Assembly (NCBI RefSeq): GCF_009914755.1
Contig: NC_060929.1
Length of the DNA stretch: 64,000 bases
Strand: one strand, 5' to 3'
From: the human T2T-CHM13v2.0 reference genome, Homo sapiens
Of this stretch, positions 44,201 to 57,012 are shown in pieces. The notes under the pieces were generated by a model that ran no database searches, was not told the DNA's origin, and saw only the letters and a list, made by a program, of their open reading frames with translations. The position numbers and the translations under genes are program-made. How positions within the stretch are numbered: the stretch's first letter is position 1; the number at the start of each line of letters is the position of its first letter.

Positions 44201-47200
44201 GCCCTCTTTGAGGCCTTCGTTGGAAACGGGTTTTTTTCATATAAGGCTATACAGAAGAATTCCCAGTAACTTCCTTGTGATGTGTGTGTTCAACTCACAG
44301 AGTTGAACTTTCATTTACACAGAGCAGATTTGAAACACTCTTTTTGTGGAATTTGCAAGTGGAGATTTCAAGCGCTTTGAGGCCAAAGGCAGAAAAGGAA
44401 ATATCTTCGTATAAAAACTAGACAGAATCATTCTCAGAAACTGCTCTGCGATGTGTGCGTTCAACTCTCAGAGTTTAACTTTTCTTTTCATTCAGCAGTT
44501 TGGAAACACTCTGTTTGTAAAGTCTGCACGTGGATATTTTGACCACTTAGAGGCCTTCGTTGGAAACGGGTTTTTTTCCTGTAAGGCTAGACAGAAGAAT
44601 TCCCAGTAACTTCCTTGTGTTGTGTACATTCAACTCACAGAGTTGAACGTTCCCTTAGACAGAGCAGATTTGAAACACTCTTTTTGTGCAATTGGCAAGT
44701 GGAGATTTCAAGCGCTTTAAGGTCAATGGCAGAAAAGGAAATATCTTCGTTTCAAAACTAGACAGAATCATTCCCACAAACTGCGTTGTGATGTGTTCGT
44801 TCAACTCACAGAGTTTAACCTTTCTTTTCATAGAGCAGTTAGGAAACACTCTGTTTGTAAATTCTGTAAGTGGATATTCTGACATCTTGTGGCCTTCGTT
44901 GGAAACGGGATTTCTTCATATTCTGCTAGACAGAAGAATTCTCAGAATCTTCCTTGTGTTGTGTGTATTCAACTCACACAGTTGAACGATGGTTTACACA
45001 GAGCAGATTTGAAACACTCTTTTTGTGGAATTTGCAAGTGGAGATTTCAGCCGCGTTGAGGTCAATGGTAGAAAAGGAAATATCTTCGTATAAAAACTAG
45101 ACAGAATGATTCTCAGAAACTCCTTTGTGATGTGTGTGTTCAACTCACAGAGTTTAACATTTCTTTTCATAGAGCAGTTAGGAAACACTCTGTTTGTAAA
45201 GTCTGCAAGTGGATATTCAGACCTCTTTGAGGCCTTCGTTGGAAACGGGTTTTTTTCATATAAGGCTAGACAGAAGAATTCCCAGTAACTTCCTTGTGTT
45301 GTGTGTGATCAACTCACAGAGTTGAACTTTCATTTACACAGAGCAGATTTGAAACACTCTTTTTGTGGAATTTGCAGGTGGAGATTTCAAGCGCTTTGAG
45401 GCCAAAGGCAGAAAAGGAAATATCTTCGTATAAAAACTAGACAGAATCATTCTCAGAAACTGCTCTGCGATGTGTGCGTTCAACTCTCAGAGTTTAACTT
45501 TTCTTTTCATTCAGCAGTTTGGAAACACTCTGTTTGTAAAGTCTGCACGTGGATAATTTGACCACTTAGAGGCCTTCCTTGGAAACGGGTTTTTTTCATG
45601 TAAGGCTAGACAGAAGAATTCTCAGTAACTTCCTTGTGTTGTGTGTATTCAACTCACAGAGTTGAACGATCCTTTACACAGAGCAGACTTGTAACACTCT
45701 TTTTGTGGAATTTGCAAGTGGAGATTTCAGCCGCTTTGAAGTCAAAGGTAGAAAAGGAAATATCTTCCTATAAAAACTAGACAGAATGATTCTCAGAAAC
45801 TCCTTTGTGATGTGTACGTTCAACTCACAGAGTTTAACCTTTCTTTTCATAGAGCAGTTAGGAAACACTCTGTTTGTAAAGTCTGCAAGTGGATATTGAG
45901 ACCTCTTTGAGGCCTTCGTTGGAAACGGGTTTTTTTCATATAAGGCTAGACAGAAGGATTCCCAGTAACTTCCTTGTGTTGTGTGTGTTCAACTCACAGA
46001 GTTGAACTTTCATTTACAAAGAGCAGATTTGAAACACTCTTTTTGTGGAATTTGCAAGTGGAGATTTCAAGCGCTTTGAGGCCAAAGGCAGAAAAGGAAA
46101 TATCTTCGTATAAAAACTAGACAGAATCATTCTCAGAAACTGCTCTGCGATGTGTGCGTTCAACTCTCAGAGTTTAACTTTTCTTTTCATTCAGCAGTTT
46201 GGAAACACTCTGTTTTTAAAGTCTGCACGTGGATAATTTGACCACTTAGAGGCCTTCGTTGGAAACGGGTTTTTTTCATGTAAGGCTAGACAGAAGAATT
46301 CTCAGTAACTTCCTTGTGTTGTGTGTATTCAACTCACAGAGTTGAACGATCCTTTACACAGAGCAGACTTGTAACACTCTTTTTGTGGAATTTGCAAGTG
46401 GAGATTTCAGCCGCTTTGAAGTCAAAGGTAGAAAAGGAAATATCTTCCTATAAAAACTAGACAGAATGATTCTCAGAAACTCCTTTGTGATGTGTGCATT
46501 CAACTCACAGAGTTTAACCTTTCTTTTCATAGAGCAGTTAGGAAACACTCTGCTTGTAAAGTCTGCAAGTGGATATTCAGCCCTCTTTGAGGCCTTCGTT
46601 GGAAACGGGTTTTTTTCATATAAGGCTATACAGAAGAATTCCCAGTAACTTCCTTGTGATGTGTGTGTTCAACTCACAGAGTTGAACTTTCATTTACACA
46701 GAGCAGATTTGAAACACTCTTTTTGTGGAATTTGCAAGTGGAGATTTCAAGCGCTTTGAGGCCAAAGGCAGAAAAGGAAATATCTTCGTATAAAAACTAG
46801 ACAGAATCATTCTCAGAAACTGCTCTGCGATGTGTGCGTTCAACTCTCAGAGTTTAACTTTTCTTTTCATTCAGCAGTTTGGAAACACTCTGTTTGTAAA
46901 GTCTGCACGTGGATATTTTGACCACTTAGAGGCCTTCGTTGGAAACGGGTTTTTTTCCTGTAAGGCTAGACAGAAGAATTCCCAGTAACTTCCTTGTGTT
47001 GTGTACATTCAACTCACAGAGTTGAACGTTCCCTTAGACAGAGCAGATTTGAAACACTCTTTTTGTGCAATTGGCAAGTGGAGATTTCAAGCGCTTTAAG
47101 GTCAATGGCAGAAAAGGAAATATCTTCGTTTCAAAACTAGACAGAATCATTCCCACAAACTGCGTTGTGATGTGTTCGTTCAACTCACAGAGTTTAACCT

Positions 47201-49950
47201 TTCTTTTCATAGAGCAGTTAGGAAACACTCTGTTTGTAAATTCTGTAAGTGGATATTCTGACATCTTGTGGCCTTCGTTGGAAACGGGATTTCTTCATAT
47301 TCTGCTAGACAGAAGAATTCTCAGAATCTTCCTTGTGTTGTGTGTATTCAACTCACACAGTTGAACGATGGTTTACACAGAGCAGATTTGAAACACTCTT
47401 TTTGTGGAATTTGCAAGTGGAGATTTCAGCCGCGTTGAGGTCAATGGTAGAAAAGGAAATATCTTCGTATAAAAACTAGACAGAATGATTCTCAGAAACT
47501 CCTTTGTGATGTGTGTGTTCAACTCACAGAGTTTAACATTTCTTTTCATAGAGCAGTTAGGAAACACTCTGTTTGTAAAGTCTGCAAGTGGATATTCAGA
47601 CCTCTTTGAGGCCTTCGTTGGAAACGGGTTTTTTTCATATAAGGCTAGACAGAAGAATTCCCAGTAACTTCCTTGTGTTGTGTGTGATCAACTCACAGAG
47701 TTGAACTTTCATTTACACAGAGCAGATTTGAAACACTCTTTTTGTGGAATTTGCAGGTGGAGATTTCAAGCGCTTTGAGGCCAAAGGCAGAAAAGGAAAT
47801 ATCTTCGTATAAAAACTAGACAGAATCATTCTCAGAAACTGCTCTGCGATGTGTGCGTTCAACTCTCAGAGTTTAACTTTTCTTTTCATTCAGCAGTTTG
47901 GAAACACTCTGTTTGTAAAGTCTGCACGTGGATAATTTGACCACTTAGAGGCCTTCCTTGGAAACGGGTTTTTTTCATGTAAGGCTAGACAGAAGAATTC
48001 TCAGTAACTTCCTTGTGTTGTGTGTATTCAACTCACAGAGTTGAACGATCCTTTACACAGAGCAGACTTGTAACACTCTTTTTGTGGAATTTGCAAGTGG
48101 AGATTTCAGCCGCTTTGAAGTCAAAGGTAGAAAAGGAAATATCTTCCTATAAAAACTAGACAGAATGATTCTCAGAAACTCCTTTGTGATGTGTACGTTC
48201 AACTCACAGAGTTTAACCTTTCTTTTCATAGAGCAGTTAGGAAACACTCTGTTTGTAAAGTCTGCAAGTGGATATTGAGACCTCTTTGAGGCCTTCGTTG
48301 GAAACGGGTTTTTTTCATATAAGGCTAGACAGAAGGATTCCCAGTAACTTCCTTGTGTTGTGTGTGTTCAACTCACAGAGTTGAACTTTCATTTACAAAG
48401 AGCAGATTTGAAACACTCTTTTTGTGGAATTTGCAAGTGGAGATTTCAAGCGCTTTGAGGCCAAAGGCAGAAAAGGAAATATCTTCGTATAAAAACTAGA
48501 CAGAATCATTCTCAGAAACTGCTCTGCGATGTGTGCGTTCAACTCTCAGAGTTTAACTTTTCTTTTCATTCAGCAGTTTGGAAACACTCTGTTTTTAAAG
48601 TCTGCACGTGGATAATTTGACCACTTAGAGGCCTTCGTTGGAAACGGGTTTTTTTCATGTAAGGCTAGACAGAAGAATTCTCAGTAACTTCCTTGTGTTG
48701 TGTGTATTCAACTCACAGAGTTGAACGATCCTTTACACAGAGCAGACTTGTAACACTCTTTTTGTGGAATTTGCAAGTGGAGATTTCAGCCGCTTTGAAG
48801 TCAAAGGTAGAAAAGGAAATATCTTCCTATAAAAACTAGACAGAATGATTCTCAGAAACTCCTTTGTGATGTGTGCATTCAACTCACAGAGTTTAACCTT
48901 TCTTTTCATAGAGCAGTTAGGAAACACTCTGCTTGTAAAGTCTGCAAGTGGATATTCAGCCCTCTTTGAGGCCTTCGTTGGAAACGGGTTTTTTTCATAT
49001 AAGGCTATACAGAAGAATTCCCAGTAACTTCCTTGTGATGTGTGTGTTCAACTCACAGAGTTGAACTTTCATTTACACAGAGCAGATTTGAAACACTCTT
49101 TTTGTGGAATTTGCAAGTGGAGATTTCAAGCGCTTTGAGGCCAAAGGCAGAAAAGGAAATATCTTCGTATAAAAACTAGACAGAATCATTCTCAGAAACT
49201 GCTCTGCGATGTGTGCGTTCAACTCTCAGAGTTTAACTTTTCTTTTCATTCAGCAGTTTGGAAACACTCTGTTTGTAAAGTCTGCACGTGGATATTTTGA
49301 CCACTTAGAGGCCTTCGTTGGAAACGGGTTTTTTTCCTGTAAGGCTAGACAGAAGAATTCCCAGTAACTTCCTTGTGTTGTGTACATTCAACTCACAGAG
49401 TTGAACGTTCCCTTAGACAGAGCAGATTTGAAACACTCTTTTTGTGCAATTGGCAAGTGGAGATTTCAAGCGCTTTAAGGTCAATGGCAGAAAAGGAAAT
49501 ATCTTCGTTTCAAAACTAGACAGAATCATTCCCACAAACTGCGTTGTGATGTGTTCGTTCAACTCACAGAGTTTAACCTTTCTTTTCATAGAGCAGTTAG
49601 GAAACACTCTGTTTGTAAATTCTGTAAGTGGATATTCTGACATCTTGTGGCCTTCGTTGGAAACGGGATTTCTTCATATTCTGCTAGACAGAAGAATTCT
49701 CAGAATCTTCCTTGTGTTGTGTGTATTCAACTCACACAGTTGAACGATGGTTTACACAGAGCAGATTTGAAACACTCTTTTTGTGGAATTTGCAAGTGGA
49801 GATTTCAGCCGCGTTGAGGTCAATGGTAGAAAAGGAAATATCTTCGTATAAAAACTAGACAGAATGATTCTCAGAAACTCCTTTGTGATGTGTGTGTTCA
49901 ACTCACAGAGTTTAACATTTCTTTTCATAGAGCAGTTAGGAAACACTCTG
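20250..49950 (+). repeat. Homogeneous tandem block of a 2379-bp 14-mer HOR variant: 11 full units, one 1699-bp 10-mer and a partial last unit
   Basis: Unit starts from the ORF track are 20185, 22564, 24943, 27322, 29021, 31400, 33779, 36158, 38537, 40916, 43295, 45674 and 48053. Spacing is exactly 2379 except for one step of 1699. Confidence 0.96.
27322..29020 (+). repeat. 10-mer (1699-bp) short unit inside the 14-mer block
   Basis: One A-B tetramer (680 bp) is missing. The B dimer starts with the second-B marker TTACAAAG (27667) and ends with the third-B markers ATATTTTG and CCTGTAAG. Confidence 0.93.
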
Positions 49951-50014
49951 TTTGTAAATTCTGTAAGTGGATATTCTGACATCTTGTGGCCTTCGTTGGA
50001 AACGGGATTTCTTC

Positions 50015-53000
50015 GTACTGTGCTAGACAGAAGAATTCTCAGTAACTTCCTTGTGTTGTGTGTATTCAACTCACAGAGTTGACCGATCCTTTACACAGAG
50101 CAGACTTGTAACACTCTTTTTGTGGAATTTGCAAGTGGAGATTTCAGCCGCTTTGAAGTCAAAGGTAGAAAAGGGAATATCTTCATATAAAAACTAGACA
50201 GAATGATTCTCAGAAACTCCTTTGTGATGTGTGCGTTCAACTCACAGAGTTTAACCTTTCTTTTCATAGAGCAGTTAGGAAACACTCTGTTTCTAAAGTC
50301 TGCAAGTGGATATTCAGACCTCTTTGAGGCCTTCGTTGGAAACGGGTTTTTTTCATATAAGGCTAGAGAGAAGAATTCCCAGTAACTTCCTTGTGTTGTG
50401 TGTGTTCAACTCACAGAGTTGAACTTTCATTTACACAGAGCAGATTTGAAACACTCTTTTTGTGGAATTTGCAAGTGGAGATTTCAAGCGCTGTGAGGCC
50501 AAAGGCAGAAAAGGAAATATCTTCGTATAAAAACTAGACAGAATCATTCTCAGAAACTGCTCTGCGATGTGTGCGTTCAACTCTCAGAGTTTAACTTTTC
50601 TTTTCATTCAGCAGTTTGGAAACACTCTGTTTGTAAAGTCTGCACGTGGATAATTTGACCACTTAGAGGCCTTCGTTGGAAACGGGTTTTTTTCATGTAA
50701 GGCTAGACAGAAGAATTCTCAGTAACTTCCTTGTGTTGTGTGTATTCAACTCACACAGTTGAACGATCCTTTACACAGAGCAGACTTGTAACACTCTTTT
50801 TGTGGAATTTGCAAGTGGAGATTTCAGCCGCTTTGAAGTCAAAGGTAGAAAAGGAAATATCTTCCTATAAAAACTAGACAGAAAGATTCTCAGAAACTCC
50901 TTTGTGATGTGTGCGTTCAACTCACAGAGTTTAACCTTTCTTTTCATAGAGCAGTTAGGAAACACTCTGTTTGTAAAGTCTGCAAGTGGATATTCAGACC
51001 TCTTTGAGGCCTTCGTTGGAAACGGGTTTTTTTCATATAAGGCTAGACAGAAGAATTCCCAGTAACTTCCTTGTGTTGTGTGTGTTCAACTCACAGAGTT
51101 GAACTTTCATTTACACAGAGCAGATTTGAAACACTCTTTTTGTGGAATTTGCAGGTGGAGATTTCAAGCGCTTTGAGGCCAAAGGCAGAAAAGGAAATAT
51201 CTTCGTATAAAAACTAGACAGAATCATTCTCAGAAACTGCTCTGTGATGTGTGCGTTCAACTCTCAGAGTTTAACTTTTCTTTTCATTCAGCAGTTTGGA
51301 AACACTCTGTTTGTAAAGTCTGCACGTGGATAATTTGACCACTTAGAGGCCTTCGTTGGAAACGGGTTTTTTTCATGTAAGGCTAGACAGAAGAGTTCTC
51401 AGTAACTTCCTTGTGTTGTGTGTATTCAACTCACACAGTTGAACGATCCTTTACAGAGAGCAGACTTGTAACACTCTTTTTGTGGAATTTGCAAGTGGAG
51501 ATTTCAGCCGCTTTGAAGTCAAAGTAGAAAAGGAAATATCTTCCTATAAAAACTAGACAGAATGATTCTCAGAAACTCCTTTGTGATGTGTGCGTTCAAC
51601 TCACAGAGTTTAACCTTTCTTTTCATAGAGCAGTTAGGAAACACTCTGTTTGTAAAGTCTGCAAGTGGATATTCAGACCTCTTTGAGGCCTTCGTTGGAA
51701 ACGGGTTTTTTTCATATAAGGCTAGACAGAAGAATTCCCAGTAACTTCCTTGTGTTGTGTGTGTTCAACTCACAGAGTTGAACTTTCATTTACACAGAGC
51801 AGATTTGAAACACTCTTTTTGTGGAATTTGCAGGTGGAGATTTCAAGCGCTTTGAGGCCAAAGGCAGAAAAGGAAATATCTTCGTATAAAAACTAGACAG
51901 AATCATTCTCAGAAACTGCTCTGCGATGTGTGCGTTCAACTCTCAGAGTTTAACTTTTCTTTTCATTCAGCAGTTTGGAAACACTCTGTTTGTAAAGTCT
52001 GCACGTGGATAATTTGACCACTTAGAGGCTTTCGTTGGAAACGGGTTTTTTTCATGTAAGGCTAGACAGAAGAGTTCTCAGTAACTTCCTTGTGTTGTGT
52101 GTATTCAACTCACAGAGTTGAACGATCCTTTACACAGAGCAGACTTGGAACACTCTTTTTGTGGAATTTGCAAGTGGAGATTTCAGCCGCGTTGAGGTCA
52201 ATGGTAGAAAAGGAAATATCTTCGTATAAAAACTAGACAGAATGATTCTCAGAAACTCCTTTGAGATGTGTGTGTTCAACTCACAGAGTTTAACCTTTCT
52301 TTTCATAGAGCAGTTAGGAATCACTCTGTTTGTAAAGTCTGCAAGTGGATATTCAGACCTCTTTGAGGCCTTCGTTGGAAACGGGTTTTTTTCATATAAG
52401 GCTAGACAGAAGAATTCCCAGTAACTTCCTTGTGTTGTGTGTGTTCAACTCACAGAGTTGAACTTTCATTTACACAGGGCAGATTTGAAACACTCTTTTT
52501 GTGGAATTTGCAAATGGAGGTTTCAAGCGCTTTGAGGCCAAAGGCAGAAAAGGAAATATCTTCGTATAAAAACTAGACAGAATCATTCTCAGAAAGTGCT
52601 CTGCGATGTGTGCGTTCAACTCTCAGAGTTTAACTTTGCTTTTCATTCAGCAGTTTGGAAACACTCTGTTTGTAAAGTCTGCACGTGGATAATTTGACCA
52701 CTTAGAGGCCTTCGTTGGAAACGGGTTTTTTTCATGTAAGGCTAGACAGAAGAGTTCTCAGTAACTTCCTTGTGTTGTGTGTATTCAACTCACACAGTTG
52801 AACGATCCTTTACACAGAGCAGACTTGTAACACTCTTTTTGTGGAATTTGCAAGTGGAGATTTCAGCCGCTTTGAAGTCAAAGTAGAAAAGGAAATATCT
52901 TCCTATAAAAACTAGACAGAATGATTCTCAGAAACTCCTTTGTGATGTGTGCGTTCAACTCAAAGAGTTTAACCTTTCTTTTCATAGAGCAGTTAGGAAA

Positions 53001-56000
53001 CACTCTGTTTGTAAAGTCTGCAAGTGGATATTCAGACCTCTTTGAGGCCTTCTTTGGAAACGGGTTTTTTTCATATAAGGCTAGACAGAAGAATTCCCAG
53101 TAACTTCCTTGTGTTGTGTGTGTTCAACTCACAGAGTTGAACTTTCATTTACACAGAGCAGATTTGAAACACTCTTTTTGTGGAATTTGCAGGTGGAGAT
53201 TTCAAGCGCTTTGAGGCCAAAGGCAGAAAAGGAAATATCTTCGTATAAAAACTAGACAGAATCATTCTCAGAAACTGCTCTGCGATGTGTGCGTTCAACT
53301 CTCAGAGTTTAACTTTTCTTTTCATTCAGCAGTTTGGAAACACTCTGTTTGTAAATTCTGCACGTGGATAATTTGACCACTTAGAGGCCTTCGTTGGAAA
53401 CGGGTTTTTTTCCTGTAAGGCTAGACAGAAGAATTCTCAGTAACTTCCTTGTGTTGTGTGTATTCAACTCACAGAGTTGAACGATCCTTTACACAGAGCA
53501 GACTTGTAACACTCTTTTTGTGGAATTTGCAAGTGGAGATTTCAGCCGCTTTGAAGTCAAAGGTAGAAAAGGAAATATCTTCGTATAAAAACTAGACAGA
53601 ATGATTCTCAGAAACTCCTTTGTGATGTGTGCGTTCAACTCACAGAGTTTAACCTTTCTTTTCATAGAGCAGTTAGGAAACACTCTGTTTGTAAACTCTG
53701 CAAGTGGATATTCAGACCTCTTTGAGGCCTTCGTTGGAAACGGGATTTCTTCATACTGTGCTAGACAGAAGAATTCTCAGTAACTTCCTTGTGTTGTGTG
53801 TATTCAACTCACAGAGTTGAACGATCCTTTACACAGAGCAGACTTGGAACACTCTTTTTGTGGAATTTGCAAGTGGAGATTTCAGCCGCGTTGAGGTCAA
53901 TGGTAGAAAAGGAAATATCTTCGTATAAAAACTAGACAGAATGATTCTCAGAAACTCCTTTGACATGTGTGCGTTCAACTCACAGAGTTTAACCTTTCTT
54001 TTCATAGAGCAGTTAGGAATCACTCTGTTTGTAAAGTCTGCAAGTGGATATTCAGACCTCTTTGAGGCCTTCGTTGGAAACGGGTTTTTTTCATATAAGG
54101 CTAGACAGAAGAATTCCCAGTAACTTCCTTGTGTTGTGTGTGTTCAACTCACAGAGTTGAATTTGATTTACACAGAGCAGATTTGAAACACTCTTTTTGT
54201 GGAATTTGCAAGTGGAGATTTCAAGCGCTTTGAGGCCAAAGGCAGAAAAGGAAATATCTTCGTATAAAAACTAGACAGAATCATTCTCAGAAACTGCTCT
54301 GCGATGTGTGCGTTCAACTCTCAGAGTTTAACTTTTCTTTTCATTCAGCAGTTTGGAAACACTCTGTTTGTAAAGTCTGCACGTGGATATTTTGACCACT
54401 TAGAGGCCTTCGTTGGAAACGGGTTTTTTTCCTGTAAGGCTAGACAGAAGAATTCCCAGTAACTTCCTTGTGTTGTGTACATTCAACTCACAGAGTTGAA
54501 CGTTCCCTTAGACAGAGCAGATTTGAAACACTCTTTTTGTGCAATTGGCAAGTGGAGATTTCAAGCGCTTTGAGGTCAATGGCAGAAAAGGAAATATCTT
54601 CGTTTCAAAACTAGACAGAATCATTCCCACAAACTGCATTGTGATGTGTTCGTTCAACTCACAGAGTTTAACCTTTCTTTTCATAGAGCAGTTAGGAAAC
54701 AGTCTGTTTGAAAATTCTGTAAGTGGATATTCTGACATCTTGTGGCCTTCGTTGGAAACGGGATTTCTTCATATTCTGCTAGACAGAAGAATTCTCAGAA
54801 TCTTCCTTGTGTTGTGTGTATTCAACTCACAGAGTTGAACGATGGTTTACACAGAGCAGATTTGAAACACTCATTTGGTGGAATTTGCAAGTGGAGATTT
54901 CAGCCGCTTTGAGGTCAATGGTAGAAAAGGAAATATCTTCGTATAACAACTAGACAGAATCATTCTCAGAAACTGCTCTGTGATGTGTGCGTTCAACTCT
55001 CAGAGTTTAACTTTTCTTTTCATTCAGCAGTTTGGAAACACTCTGTTTGTAAAGTCTGCACGTGGATAATTTGACCACTTAGAGGCCTTCGTTGGAAACG
55101 GGTTTTTTTCATGTATGGCTAGACAGAAGAGTTCTCAGTAACTTCCTTGTGTTGTGTGTATTCAACTCACACAGTTGAACGATCCTTTACACAGAGCAGA
55201 CTTGTAACACTCTTTTTGTGGAATTTGCAAGTGGAGATTTCAGCCGCTTTGAAGTCAAAGTAGAAAAGGAAATATCTTCCTATAAAAACTAGACAGAATG
55301 ATTCTCAGAAACTCCTTTGTGATGTGTGCGTTCAACTCACAGAGTTTAACCTTTCTTTTCATAGAGCAGTTAGGAAACACTCTGTTTGTAAAGTCTGCAA
55401 GTGGATATTCAGACCTCTTTGAGGCCTTCGTTGGAAACGGGTTTTTTTCATATAAGGCTAGACAGAAGAATTCCCAGTAACTTCCTTGTGTTGTGTGTGT
55501 TCAACTCACAGAGTTGAACTTTCATTTACACAGAGCAGATTTGAAACACTCTTTTTGTGGAATTTGCAGGTGGAGATTTCAAGCGCTTTGAGGCCAAAGG
55601 CAGAAAAGGAAATATCTTCGTATAAAAACTAGACAGAATCATTCTCAGAAACTGCTCTGCGATGTGTGCGTTCAACTCTCAGAGTTTAACTTTTCTTTTC
55701 ATTCAGTAGTTTGGAAACACTCTGTTTCTAAAGTCTGCACGTGGATAATTTGACCACTTAGAGGCCTTCGTTGGAAACGGGTTTTTTTCATGTAAGGCTA
55801 GACAGAAGAATTCTCAGTAACTTCCTTGTGTTGTGTGTATTCAACTCACAGAGTTGAACGATCCTTTACACAGAGCAGACTTGTAACACTCTTTTTGTGG
55901 AATTTGCAAGTGGAGATTTCAGCCGCTTTGAAGTCAAAGGTAGAAAAGGAAATATCTTCCTATAAAAACTAGACAGAATGATTCTCAGAAACTCCTTTGT

Positions 56001-57012
56001 GATGTGTGCGTTCAACTCACAGAGTTTAACCTTTCTTTTCATAGAGCAGTTAGGAAACACTCTGCTTGTAAAGTCTGCAAGTGGATATTCAGCCCTCTTT
56101 GAGGCCTTCGTTGGAAACGGGTTTTTTTCATATAAGGCTAGACAGAAGAATTCCCAGTAACTTCCTTGTGTTGTGTGTGTTCAACTCACAGAGTTGAACT
56201 TTGATTTACACAGAGCAGATTTGAAACACTCTTTTTGTGGAATTTGCAAGTGGAGATTTCAAGCGCTTTGAGGCCAAAGGCAGAAAAGGAAATATCTTCG
56301 TATAAAAACTAGACAGAATCATTCTCAGAAACTGCTCTGCGATGTGTGCGTTCAACTCTCAGAGTTTAACTTTTCTTTTCATTCAGCAGTTTGGAAACAC
56401 TCTGTTTGTAAAGTCTGCACGTGGATATTTTGACCACTTAGAGGCCTTCGTTGGAAACGGGTTTTTTTCCTGTAAGGCTAGACAGAAGAATTCCCAGTAA
56501 CTTCCTTGTCTTGTGTACATTCAACTCACAGAGTTGAACGTTCCCTTAGACAGAGCAGATTTGAAACACTCTTTTTGTGCAATTGGCAAGTGGAGATTTC
56601 AAGCGCTTTAAGGTCAATGGCAGAAAAGGAAATATCTTCGTTTCAAAACTAGAGAGAATCATTCCCAAAAACTGCGTTGTGATGTGTTCGTTCATCTCAC
56701 AGAGTTTAACCTTTCTTTTCATACAGCAGTTAGGAAACAGTCTGTTTGTAAATTCTGTAAGTGGATATTCTGACATCTTGTGGCCTTCGTTGGAAACGGG
56801 ATTTCTTCATATTCTGCTAGACAGAAGAATTCTCAGAATCTTCCTTGTGTTGTGTGTATTCAACTCACAGAGTTGAACGATGGTTTACACAGAGCAGATT
56901 TGAAACACTCTTTTTGTGGAATTTGCAAGTGGAGATTTCAGCCGCTTTGAGGTCAATGGTAGAAAAGGAAATATCTTCGTATAAAAACTAGACAGAATGA
57001 TTCTCAGAAACT
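50015..57012 (+). repeat. Long-range duplicated segment, copy 2 (680 bp longer than copy 1)
   Basis: Colinear with 2443-8760, with an extra B-E tetramer at about 51780-52460. The match ends at 8761/57013. Confidence 0.92.
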
